From NCBI GenBank assembly GCA_025786725.1, contig JAHLTZ010000003.1, forward strand, positions 248,001 to 312,000: 64,000 bases of DNA, in the 5' to 3' direction. Shown one piece after another: positions 17,660 to 29,950 of the stretch (positions are counted from its first letter, which is position 1; every line of letters begins with the position of its first letter). The notes beneath the pieces are model-generated. The model was not told where the DNA came from, did no database searches, and saw only the letters and a list, made by a program, of their open reading frames with translations. Source of the DNA: Syncephalis fuscata S228. Its lineage: Eukaryota; Fungi; Zoopagomycota. Made by a program: the position numbers and the translations under genes.

Positions 17660-19854
17660 AGTCTACTTCTCTTCTTCTTCGTCCCTTCGTCCTCTTCAGC
17701 AATACTGCTGGATAGCGATGGATTATTACTAGCTGATCTTGGTACAGAAAGTGAACCAGTTTATCAGCCGTTGCTAAAAAGTGATTGGCATCGGTACTAG
17801 TCGGGCTAGCCATAGATACAGTTGTTTCTGGAGCTGTTGCTGTATTGCCAGCGTATTTCCAACCACTTAGTACACTCATTCGACGCAAGACGCGATGAAT
17901 ACATTGCCTTCACTATCATTACTAGTGCTTGAGGAGGAGTATCGGTGCTTGGACTTGTTGCTATTGTGGCAGCCTGTGTAGAAACATTAATTTTATCTGC
18001 TGAATCGGTTGCTACACTCCTATAATTTATCCAACACCTGACATAACATCATTGGCGGCAGAGCGCGACATACTCATAGATTGATGTCGTCGCCATCTAC
18101 GCATGTAACCAGGACGTTCGTCAGTCTCTGAAGACAGTGTAGGTGATTTTGGTGGACTCGTCAAGATTGGCGATTTAGGTGTAATAGTGTTTGATAATGA
18201 TATGCTTGAAACAAGTCCTGCAGTCTTTGGTGGATCACGAAGTCGAGGATCATCCGTCTTATTGTTTGCAGAATTGCGCGGTGATAGCATTGATGGTGTG
18301 ACCATAAGCGATGAGCGACGACGGGGTGGAGGCGATTTTAACGGTTCTTCAGGCTTTTCGTAATCGCGTGCCAGTACATTAACAAGTTGCTTATTCTCCA
18401 TAATTCGAGAAAGAATTTTGTTAATATACAATGTAAGTGCCTTATTTTCGTCTTTAAGCGTCTTGACTTCACCGGCAAGCTTGGTATTTTCATTTTTCAA
18501 ACCTATAATAAATTGTTTGTTATAAATGTTTAAATAATTGTAATTAAACTACATACGATACTCCAATGAGTCTACAAGACCAGGCGCTGGACCAATACGC
18601 GGCGAGCCAGGCGGAGACATAGCCCGTGTAAGTTCAGTAGCTAGATCAAGTCCAAGTCCTGTTGAGGTAGAGGTGGCCGGCAGAGATGTCTAAATAGCCA
18701 ATGTATATATCAATAGCCATTAAAGCGTTGATGTGTAAATTACTTACTTCAGAGACTGAACGTAACATAAAATCGCCGTTCATTGTCTTTTCTTGAAGCA
18801 ATATTTGGTACGATTCATTATCTTCTTGAAGTGATTGATTTAAATCTTTTAGCTGTTTAATCTCTGTCTCCAAAATAGTAACACGTAATGCTTGCGCATT
18901 ATATTGATCAGTAGTATGTGTTATATTACTATGTTCCTATATATATATATTAATAAAATAAATAATCTAATAGCAGTAAAGTTGCTGTTTATTTACCTGC
19001 TCAATTCGATCACGTAGTTCAAGAATCAATTTGTCTTGTTCACGAATATTCTTTCGCGCAATCATTAATTCACGCTGCTGTGCCTTGGATTGCTCAGTGT
19101 TATCATGATCTCCGTTAGCAACTTGACGAGCGTCTAATTTAATTATAATAATTATAAATTAATTATGATTTATGGTTAATTGACACATTAATTAATTATT
19201 TAATGCCATTCTTGTATTTACTTACGTGCTTGTTGTTCCTGTTGTGTCTCCAAGGCACGATGCAATTGGCGCTGCAGTGTTGTAATTGATCCTGATGAGA
19301 AGACTCCTTTTCTGCCCATAAAGCACGCTCCTTTTCGATCATTTGAGCCTGCATCGCCTAGTTAATGATCTATCATCAGGGTCAATTCATAGCCACTTGC
19401 CTCTTTTTCCTGTAACTTTTCAGCTTCACGCTGGCGTCGAAGGCTTAATTGCACTTCCTGTTGAAGAGAATCATTTTCTTGCTGGTGCGAATAAACCTGC
19501 ATCTCTAAGCGCTCTCGCTCAGCTTGGACATCCTGTAGACTTTGATGGAGGTTTGTAATATACTAAAATAGTCATAATAAACATTGTTATATTTCCTTAG
19601 TAACTATTGTTTCTATACGTACCTTCTGGTCGTGTTCGTTATCTTTGGCCAGTTTAGCCGCTTGCTCCTTTAAAGTTTGCGCTTGCAAACGAAACTTTAT
19701 TGTATTTTCTACTGCATTAGTACGCAGGTTTTTTATGTTTTTGTTTATTTACCTGGTCGCTATCAATCTGTATTTGTTCTAGTTTATTGGTTAAAAGTGT
19801 TATGGCAGTAGCATCGTCATCAACTACAAGTTGCGACTCCATTTTCATGGTCAT
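17660..19854 (-). CDS. Coiled-coil protein with FIP-RBD-like motif and Ser/Pro-rich tail (multi-exon)
   Basis: ATG at 19854 (MTMKMESQLVVDDDATAITLLTNKLEQ); coiled-coil exons (ETEIKQLKDLNQSLQEDNESYQILLQEKT); LKDENKALTLYINKILSRIMEN. The 3' end is broken by indels, so the end is approximate. Confidence 0.7.
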
Positions 19855-20871
19855 GACAATAGTTCAGTACAAAGAGAATAAAAGACGTAAGGGGATATTA
19901 TTGTTTTGTTGTGGGCGAGATAACAACAGGAATGAACACAAGTTCCAGTTGTTGTTGTATTAAAGACAATGTCTGAGACCCAGAAAGGTATTTGGCTAAT
20001 ATCTACTCTAATCCCCCAGGGCAATAAATCATTTTACGCAATCAATTGTAATGAATTGATTAGAGTAATTTGTGTTGAAATGATCATTCACAATAAATAT
20101 TTACGTAATATAATAACGTTATCGTTTCCATAGAATAGAATTAAATGTAATAGGACATTGTATTAGTAGTTGCTATTTTAAACATTTGAATAAAACTTAC
20201 TTTCAAAATCTAAAAAGTCTCATTGAGACGAACCCACGTTCTCTGCGATGATTGTGTTAGTCTGAGATGGTCTGGCAAACTCAGCTGGTTTGCCATTTCC
20301 ATCCAGATTAATTCGGCAATGTGAAATTATAAGAATGTTGTATATTCTTATTTAAAAGTTGCTAATCTCCGTTGTGTATTAAATTTTGTATAAAGCTATG
20401 TTGTGATCTATTTTATTGTAGTAACTATAGATCACTATTTAGCTAATTCGTTTTGTATTACTTTAGCAGCTATATAAGCTGTGTTTTTTTTGTATTCTAA
20501 TAAGGTGATCAGTTTTATTAAAAATACTAAAGAAACATAGCTTATGGCTACTAGAGTAATACAGTAGATTTGTATTATGATTGGTTCTATATACAAAGGA
20601 TAGTTTAAAAATGGTATGTTTACAAGTATTTTATTTAACATTCAATAAACACTGTTGTTTATATACTGAATCTAATGCTTACAAGTTTAGTTGTCAATTA
20701 TAATATCATGTTTTATGTAATGACATTTGCTTAGGCATTGATATTCATCTTCTTATTTTACCAGTGACATTATTTATAAATATATTTAGATTTATTGTTT
20801 GTTGTTTGTCATTCTGATAACATTGTTCTATAATATATTTGCTTATATTGTTTGTTATCTATTTTTCTTAT

Positions 20872-21545
20872 TACAGTTATTGTTTTATGATGACATATTC
20901 TATAATTATATTTCTTTTATACAATTGTTTTTATTATTTCTTTATTCTACTACTTGAACAATACCCTCATTTGTATCTCAATTTGTTCATAGTCTTTTTA
21001 TGTACAATGTCATTCGATTTATGACTTGTATATATTACATTATTTATTAATTAAACAAAAATAATATTTCTTTTGCAAACATTAAACAATTTACTAGTCA
21101 TTTATTGTTTTGTTTGGTGATCAAATGACTACATTTAATAATGTTTACACTTTTAAATTAAACCTCTTCTATTAAAAATAAAATTATGAGTAATTCACAT
21201 CAGGGTCCAAAATACTTATTATCGTAGATTTATTATCCAATATGCATATACTTAGTATACATATATACTCTATTCATTTATATCACTTTCAATATATTCA
21301 TACTATTCTATACTTCTACGATATACTAGGCACGTTCTATTTATTATATGCAGCAATATACTCCGCTCATTTCACTATATACATATAACTTAACGTCATT
21401 TTATATGCTTTTTTACTGTACATTGTTATTTTATATATCATTTATACTCCATAGCCTTCCTGCATCCAAAACTACTTTTATTTTTGTTCTAGCTTTATTA
21501 TTAACAAATGTCGACTAATTCCGCTCATTGATTATGCATATATAT
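20872..21545 (-). repeat. AT-rich dispersed repeat, copy 2 (inverted)
   Basis: Reverse complement of about 4468-5150 with scattered substitutions and indels. Confidence 0.9.
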
Positions 21546-21626
21546 GATTAATAAATTAACATTGCTAACTTGTTCAATATTGCGTATTCATTATAATTTT
21601 TATCATTTTATTATATTGTTACTGTT

Positions 21627-21681
21627 GCTTAATTTAATTACAACGAAGCTTAAACTGAACTTCGTTGTACTTAAATTAAGC
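21627..21681. repeat. Inverted repeat/hairpin (22-bp arms, 1 mismatch, 11-nt loop)
   Basis: gcttaatttaattacaacgaag-cttaaactgaa-cttcgttgtacttaaattaagc. Confidence 0.85.
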
Positions 21682-22176
21682 TTTTCTCGTCAGGGTCCTT
21701 TGCCTGACCCTCCATTTTAATTGCGACAGCATTATAAATACTTAATCTGCCGTCCAAACATTAAATAAACAATTTTTTCTACTTCCAATTACTTTTAGCT
21801 TATTTTCAGGTTTACACAGTTGAGACTCTTGTCTAAATTACTAAATAAAGCTATTTATTGGTAACAAAAGTGGTTAAGCTATTAAATTAATAATTTTTAT
21901 TGATTTAAACAATTAACATTTGACTAAGCTACCTTTATTGCTTTCTCTTCTATTTAGATTGCGTAGCAAAGTTTACAAAATCATAAATCTGGTTTTGTAA
22001 CAATGGCATTGCTGATTAATAATTGAACAAACCAAAAGCATTGTTTGGAACTTGATACGTGAGTGGAATAAATAGCAATTGTCAAATGGTCTTGATTTTT
22101 GCCAAAGATATACCTAGAATGCATTGATCTAGCAGCTCCAACTACATCACCAAAACTAATGCCTTGGATGCGCCAG

Positions 22177-22822
22177 TTAAACTATTGATAAATATATATG
22201 TCGTATAATTAGCTTAGAAATTAATAATATGCAATGTCACTTACAAACTATCGATAGAAATAATTAAACACGTACAACGCATATTATTTAATTAATGTAT
22301 AGCTATTTAATATAAAATGTCACTTGCCAACCATTGATATTAGATTGTTAAACACACACAGCGCATAGCATGTAATTAGTTTATATCTACTTTATACAAA
22401 ATATCACTTACCAACTATTAGTATCATTATTGGATACGCATAGTGCATAATTAGCATATATTTAATCAATACATATTGTTATTTACCTGCTTAAATACAA
22501 GTCATCAAACATGCATAATACATAAAATATAATTGGTATGTAATCAAATAATATACAATTCCACTTACTAGCAGCTGTTATGTGTTATAATGGCCATCAT
22601 GTGTATAATATTGTCAATAAGTGTTGGAATAATAATCCATAATTACGACTTACGTTCTAATGATGCATTAGGTAAACATAGTGTTAATAAGTATACTAAT
22701 TTACATATTTATTGTAATTGCAACATACCACGACGAGCTAGAACTGGCTTAGTATCCACCACAATCATAGTGGCCACAAGAGCCACGACAATGGCACCGA
22801 CGACGGCAATAGAAAGCTTCAT
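22177..22822 (-). CDS. Putative microexon-encoded small secreted peptide precursor
   Basis: Exon 1 22822-22729: MKLSIAVVGAIVVALVATMIVVDTKPVLARR, with ACCATG start and GTATGT donor. Microexons follow at 22656-22654, 22574-22569, 22489-22487, 22414-22412, (22330-22328) and 22247-22245, separated by 63-81 nt introns. Last exon starts at 22181. Confidence 0.7.
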
Positions 22823-25011
22823 GGTAATACTGGATTGTTAAAAGAAACAAGTAGAATGGAAGATGGTATGTGTTTATTATAAATAATCCGATACATATGT
22901 GGTAGAAATCTACATATAAATTTGTACAGCATCATTACACAGCTCAACTACACGTCGCAAACTAGATCTATTGGCTTTAAAAAACAGCGACAATGCGCCA
23001 TCATGCTTCTATTGTCACTTTTACCGGCAAAATCAATTTCCATACTTGCATGCATTCCAAACAGTCCATAACATCAATGCAACAGTAACATTGATACGCT
23101 GTGATATTGCTTATTGCAGGATCTACCACTATGCATAGACTAGTCGTACTGTCTAGAGCTATGAGGATATACTGATTGGTTATACAAATACTTAGTTTGA
23201 CGTCATGTATATCAGTATTGGAATGGACAGCACATTGAGTTTACATAGATGTTACATTTGCTCATATCACTCCACGCATCATACAGTTATCGATATATCA
23301 AGTAAGATTTTAGTGAATCAACCGCGCAATAAGTGCTACTTGTAGTACAGCCCATAATAACTTTCATATTTACAAAAATCCAAATATGCCTGAATAGCTT
23401 TCATACTAAAAATAAATACAGCAAATTAAACATAACATACATATTAATGCTAGTATGGCTGCATACTATATATTGTTGCTATAGCGCTATACAGCCAACA
23501 AAAATACAGTTTCTACATTGCTAAAATTAAAGTAAAAATAATAGATTTGCACTATACATTCTAGATTATATGTGCGGTATAGCAATAAAAGAAATATGAC
23601 TGCCCCGACAATAAGAAATTCAATTCGATTTTATGCTCATTATAATATTTTAATTTAAAACCCTTGTTTCTGCAGCTTGTTAGGAAAAGTTTCTTATAAG
23701 CCTTTTTGTAATTGGCTCTGTTGGCCCACTAATCCAAAGAATAGCGCAGATGGCTGCATCATCATGGTTCTTGAGCGCCCATTCCACTCATTAACATGCT
23801 GCCCATAATCAGAATTTTTGACTTTTCAGCAAGATAGTCGATAAATTTGTTAATGTTGTTGCTAGATGTCCGCTGATAAATAAGCATACTTTACTGTATC
23901 AGACCACAAAGCGGCGACGCCATAATATTCCACGACGCTACTCGTAGCAAATAGCTTGTCAAGATATAGACCAGTGTCTACTGGCAATAGTTGTCGCATA
24001 AGACGGCCAATAGCATATGGGCATCGTGTCTCCATGCATCGGTCGTGCATAAACCGGCAACGGACAGCAAGATAGCTAGCGCAAATTTCTTTGAAATCAG
24101 CATGTTGAAAAGTGGTGCTAATAAATAATGTGTTATACAGTGTACGGATGGCTATTAAATCAAACATAAAGTGTAGCAGTAATCGACAATGTTGTAGCTA
24201 GCGTGTAATGTAAGAGTATATATGAATGAATTGTAAGTAAATATCGAGCACATAAATCAATTCAAACAATTCATTTTATAACCAAATAGCAGCACTTTCA
24301 GAACTTTGTTTAAATAAACAAATATACTAATGGTTTATTGCATTATGGGTAAGATTTCAAGTGTAAATCAGATTGACATCTACAAACAATAAGCTCAATA
24401 TGACTGTTTCATGTTGAAACTAACCAGTGCTTTTGGCGACTTTTTATGCATTCATTAAAAATAGTCATTTGTTTAATGTGCATAAGTGTTTATTTTTAGC
24501 AGCAAATGAATGGAAAAAGGAATGCACTTGATGGCTATAATTGAACATCGTAAATGCTATTAATATAGAATACACCAAAATCAGAGTATTAATCGCGTTG
24601 TATTTAATTAATGTATAGTCTGCACATGTCATGTATTCTAGCTAGTACACAACTGCACCAAGTTATAGCGCTAAAAATAGCCAACTTCTTATCTGAAATT
24701 AGTATCATTATTTAATGCTAAATAAGTCATTTTGAGTATTTTATTACTTGTTTTTGTTTTCCTAATAGCCGTTGGCCATTGAGTTTTCTACTTTCTTGCT
24801 AGTATAAGTCACTAGTCTGTAATACATTTATTTCTTGACATCATAAACACTGTTATCGCTTGAAACGTTTAATATAAAAGTATTTGACTGCATCACTTCA
24901 TATCTTTGCTAATATCAGTTTTATCCCACATTCTTATTAACAGCAATTACTCTTGTTTTCGTTAAACAAAACACTTTGTTAGCTATCTACTTAACAGCAA
25001 TAACCTACAAT

Positions 25012-26336
25012 ATGGATCAATACTCGCAAGACATTGCTAGCTCCAGCTCTCCTAAGCCACAGCGTGTTATAGCCGCACAGCCAGGAGCTCAAGGAAACAT
25101 GCAAGTGTCATTTGCGCATGAAATTCCTCTTGGAAAACAGGGAGGCTATGGTAAGCGAACCGTAAAAAGCCAAGTCCAATAATTACTAAATAATGACTGT
25201 TATTGATTATAGCGCACATTATGAACGCTATTGGCTCGATTATTGGTGCATTTAGAGCAGTAAGTAATAATAAACGATACCTAATGTTTATTGATATATT
25301 TATTCTTCATCTAGATTCCATGCTGCTTATGTTGTCCAAATCCATATAAGGAGGTACATCAAGGTAAGTTGTTTGTAGTCCACATTTATTTTAGTGCTAA
25401 TATAAATGTTTTAGGATCGGTTGGTTTGATCGAACGGTTTGGTAAATATTACAAGACAGCCAACCCCGGTCTTGTCAATGTAAATCCTGTCAGTGAAAAG
25501 ATACGACGGGTCGATATTAAGATGCAAATCACTTCAATTCAAGATATATCAATTATGACTAAAGTGGGTGTTTAATTGATAACATAACAATGCTGCACAA
25601 CTTGCTAACCATGTTATCAAATCAATTTATTGTTATTAGGACAATGTTAATATCACAATTGACTGTGTTGTTTATTGGCACGTTGTAGATGTGTACCTTG
25701 CCACGTACGGCGTCACACAACTCGAGAAGGCTCTTTTGGAACGTGCTCAAACAAGTCTCCGTGCAATTCTTGGTGGGCGCTCATTGCAAGATTGCATTGA
25801 GAATTGTGAAAGTATTGGACAGTCATTAGGCGCTATGCTTGAAGAACCGGCTGCCTCGTGGGGTATTCGCGTGGAGAATACACTAATCAAAGACTTGCAA
25901 TTCAGCCAAGAACTCCAGCAGTCCCTATCTAGTGCTGCCACGCAGAAACGTATTGGTGAATCAAAAGTCATTGCTGCCAAGGCTGAAGGTAAGTTTGGCA
26001 AACTAGTAGCACACAGTGGCCTATTGGCTCGATATTGCGATAAAACAATGGCTAATACACTTGACTCGTGTTCCATCATATCTAGTCGACTCGGCTAAAC
26101 TAATGCGTGAAGCATCGGAGATTCTTAATACCCCGGCAGCCATGCAGATCCGCTATCTCGATACCATGGCACAGATGTCAAAGAGCGGCCAGACTAAGGT
26201 TATCTTTATGCCAGTTCCAGGTCCCGATGTCCAGGCAGGTGCGACAGACTCTCATGGTGGAAATGCATCTGGCAAAACACCCGCATTTACTCCTCAAATG
26301 GCGGCATTGACAGAGTACATGAGCGACCAGCGCTAA
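25012..26336 (+). CDS. Stomatin/band-7 (SPFH) family protein
   Basis: IPCCLCCPNPY hairpin/palmitoylation region, VGLIERFGKYYKTANPGL, MTKDNVNITID, QTSLRAILG, WGIRVENTLIKD, ESKVIAAKAE, AMQIRYL. Confidence 0.92.
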
Positions 26337-27008
26337 GTGTATGTATCGCATTGCCAATCATTATACTCATAGCTGCTTATAACTTTGATATGCTGTCTAT
26401 CATTGAATAAATACTAGAAATACTTGCTAGTATACCTATTTGGCATCTTTAATGGTAAACAGCCACTCCACACACTTCCATATAAGTCTTGTAAAAAATA
26501 AAACGCCATGTTTTTGTTTTAAAACACCATGTAACTGTCTCGTTACTGACTTGGTTTAAAACGTGATCAACGTGCCAGATCACTGTGCGTTTTACTATGT
26601 ATCAGCTATGGTCAATCCATTAGAAGTTCCTTTTGACAAGCAAAGTGTATTTCTCATACATATTTTTGCAACTGAAACAGCAATCCGGTAATTCCAATGC
26701 TGCCATTGATGCAAACATGTTGATTGTTGTATTTTTAGCATTGACAAAGCATGTTGATTGGCTTAACGATCTCTTGACGATTATTTTCATATGCTTTTGT
26801 GCCCACTAGCGCTTCCTTTCGTAGAAACGTGTAATAAACATGGTATTTCATCTCTCCGTCGTAATGTATAAATACTGTCATGATTAGCTCGATTTGTACT
26901 ATACCGTATCCTTCAATCCTCCGTTACTTCACTTGCTTGACGCAAACTTAACGACTACCTCATTTGCTATCTAGAATAGAATCCCCATTATAGAAATTCA
27001 TTTTTATT

Positions 27009-28380
27009 ATGACAAGATTTTATAACTTTTTTACAATTGTGATGATTGGTACCCTGGTGGCACTAATTCAAACGGCAATGGCATATGTTCCTTACGAAAT
27101 ACGCATAGGTATAAAAATGTATATAACATTTATGTAATACTAATTTATATACTTGTTTGATAGATAATGTCGAACTCTTCAATGCCGGTGCGCGACATTT
27201 GGACGATCACAGTAACCAGGCTCAGTATAATATCACAGATTTAAAATGGTTTGGTATAGGAGAATTGGGAGCTTTTGCCAATGTTAAATGGAACAATCAA
27301 GATGGTATCCTTAATTGTAAACGGGACACTAATACAATCACAAAAGGATATCAGGTTTTTACTGTATGAACAAGACGGTATTGTAGTTGCATTTACTTAT
27401 TTATTATGATGTAGGCATTGGAAAAGGGCGAGAAAATGTTTTCTGACAAGCAAGCACCTGGCAGAAAGTACATCCAGCGCCCATTATCAAGATTTATTAT
27501 TCCAAGACCACCTGGAACTCACACCAGTGCCACCGACTGTTACATCCACGAAGATGTTCAAGGAGTTCCGCTTGGCCAATTTATAGCTAAGAAGACCTGG
27601 GAGGAAAAGCAGTATTTCTACCAGATATATTTTATAAAGTGACCCAAGGTGAGCCAAATCTATTGCACTAGCACCTACATGTTAGCTAATTTTTATATGT
27701 AGCAATTATGTACTGGCGCAGCCTTAACATTATGCATGCCGGCATTACTGAAAACAGTATGTATATTCATATTCAAAACATTGCATTCTAACATTGGTCT
27801 GTAGCTATTATGGTTGAGCAAATAACCGCAGACCACGTACGCGTCAAGGTTTATGATTATACAAGGGCAAGCATATTAGTTGGGCAAAATAATAATGTAT
27901 TTGAAAGCGGAAAGCTTTCTACGTTAAAAGAATTGAGTAGCAAAACGGCTACTGAAAAGTGCTACAATCAAAATGTAATGCTTAGTATGTGGTATACTAT
28001 GCAATCACTGGAGCTTATCCACCGGTCAGGCCAGAATCAAAACTGGAAGCTTACCGTTATTACAGACACATGTTCAAAGCGTACTAGATCCATCGTCAAC
28101 ACGATCCTCAGCTATTTTGAACAATCCAAAACAAAATCCTAGTGAGAAATTCAAAAATGTATGGAACCAAACACCGCAATATCCAACGGTTGCCAATGTC
28201 GCGCCATCAAACAAATTCCCTCTTATACAAACTATCGAGCCACTATTTACCGTAAAAAACACTGACTGCACAATTCCTTCTAATGTTTTGCACAAGTTGC
28301 TACCGCCTATGAGACCAATTGCAAACATGGGCAAATGGATGCATAACAAGTTTTCGAAACCAAAACAAGTAGTTGTATAG
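27009..28380 (+). CDS. Secreted protein-kinase-fold protein (likely pseudokinase)
   Basis: Signal peptide MTRFYNFFTIVMIGTLVALIQTAMA; spliced exons give CYIHEDVQGVPL (hinge), IMHAGITENTIMV (catalytic-loop position) and VKVYDYTRA (DFG position). C-terminus ends at 28142 or 28380 depending on an indel. Confidence 0.7.
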
Positions 28381-29024
28381 TTAAATAATAATAGATAGGA
28401 AATGATAGAAGAATGGACAAAGACTTGGTTATATTGGAAAAATACGTAAAAATTACAGTTAATTGGTCGCTGTTATGTTATATGGCATCGATGTTATATT
28501 TACTATAGCTAATACTATCAGTGGTCTTATTGCTAATGTGTCTTATTTTATTATTATGTCCAAATAACTATATACTACTTACAATTCTTCTACAATAACA
28601 GTATATATATATATATATATGTTTTAATAAAATACATTTCTGACCAATATCCAGTTTATGAGAGTCATTTGTATCTAGCATGGCAATTTTTACCAAATAA
28701 TTATTGAATCTGCACATATTATCAAAAATGTTACTAACGGTACTGTTACAATGTTTAAGTGTATAATTTTTATCTGAATAAAATACGGTTAAATTTATGT
28801 TAATATATTTTGACAACTAATACAACATATCTACACAAAGCAGATATAATATGTTTACCGTTCATATTTACTAATTGCCGAATGTAAATTAAATATAATC
28901 ATACATATAGCAAGTTGAACAAATATAATTAATGAAACCATGCGTTTATTACTGCAAGCTTGTATAGCTGAATAAACATAGCGAAATGCAAACTTGTCAA
29001 TATATGATGAGCCATTGGTTAGGG

Positions 29025-29345
29025 CTGGATAAACGAGAGCATTGATCATGACTTGATATGAATGGACTGAATGGCAACTGACAAATAGTCATGTTTTTGC
29101 AGAGTATATATTTAAAATCTATTTAACTAGCAGTTCAACTACATGCCAATGTTAATCTTTTGGATAAATTGTTTATATATATATTGTATGCCAAATATCA
29201 TATAATTAGTATATGTTAATTATTATATAATACCAATAGCTGGCAATTGTATAAATTGTTGAAAACACAGCGCATAGCATATGATTGATTTATTGTTGCT
29301 CGATAAATAATATTACTTACAAGCTAGTAATATAATTTATTGTAT
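29025..29345 (-). pseudogene. Decayed paralog of the microexon peptide gene
   Basis: 29030-29165 aligns with 22028-22170; intron motif aaacacagcgcatagcat and acttac-aag-cta (3-nt exon 29321-29323) are shared; no signal-peptide exon found. Confidence 0.65.
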
Positions 29346-29950
29346 TAGTTATTAGTAAATATATGTTGTTAATCATCTATAAAGGACCAGTTGTAATCAA
29401 GGTGATTTATTTAGCAGAAAATGTTAATTGGAAAAATAAGGAAAAGGAGATTCGCTTGTAAAGACCAAGTATTGTATTGAAGAGTAAGCGAGCGAGCGAG
29501 AGAGAGAAAGAGAGGAAAGCAATAATGATAGTATAATGATTGTGGTGGTGATCAACAGGCCACATATGAAAAGAATTGAGAGTAAATGTATAAACAAGCA
29601 GTTATCAATTGTATAATAATTACAAGTTTAAACATTTAACATGGGCAGTGAGATTAAGAACAAAGAAAACAAACAAACAAACAAAAACATACAAGACGTA
29701 AAGCACGGCATTATACTCCATATGATATAAATATCCATGGTTTAAATGGAACAAAAAACGAGCTGTATACCATATAATATATATCAAAAGAAAACAAATA
29801 TGATAAGACCTTTTCTATCATATGGACTCTTTTTCTTCTTTTTGTTGTCGTCTTCCTTCTCCTCTTCTATTTCTTTTCTAAATTATCATTGTTCTAGACA
29901 CTTTCCAGACTTGCTATCGTAGTGGATGTTGGTAAATGTTATGATTATTG

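Noticed and set aside
22230-22730. CRISPR-like reading of the ~80-bp periodic cacttac motif
   Set aside because: Eukaryotic context, no cas genes, and the recurring motif is the reverse complement of the GTAAGT splice donor.
22590-22841. Plus-strand 83-aa ORF
   Set aside because: It is the antisense shadow of the signal-peptide exon and introns of the minus-strand microexon gene.
23690-24170. Moderately GC-rich patch with a 101-aa minus-strand ORF
   Set aside because: No recognisable motif, signal peptide or splice structure. It might be a decayed gene, but I cannot support that.
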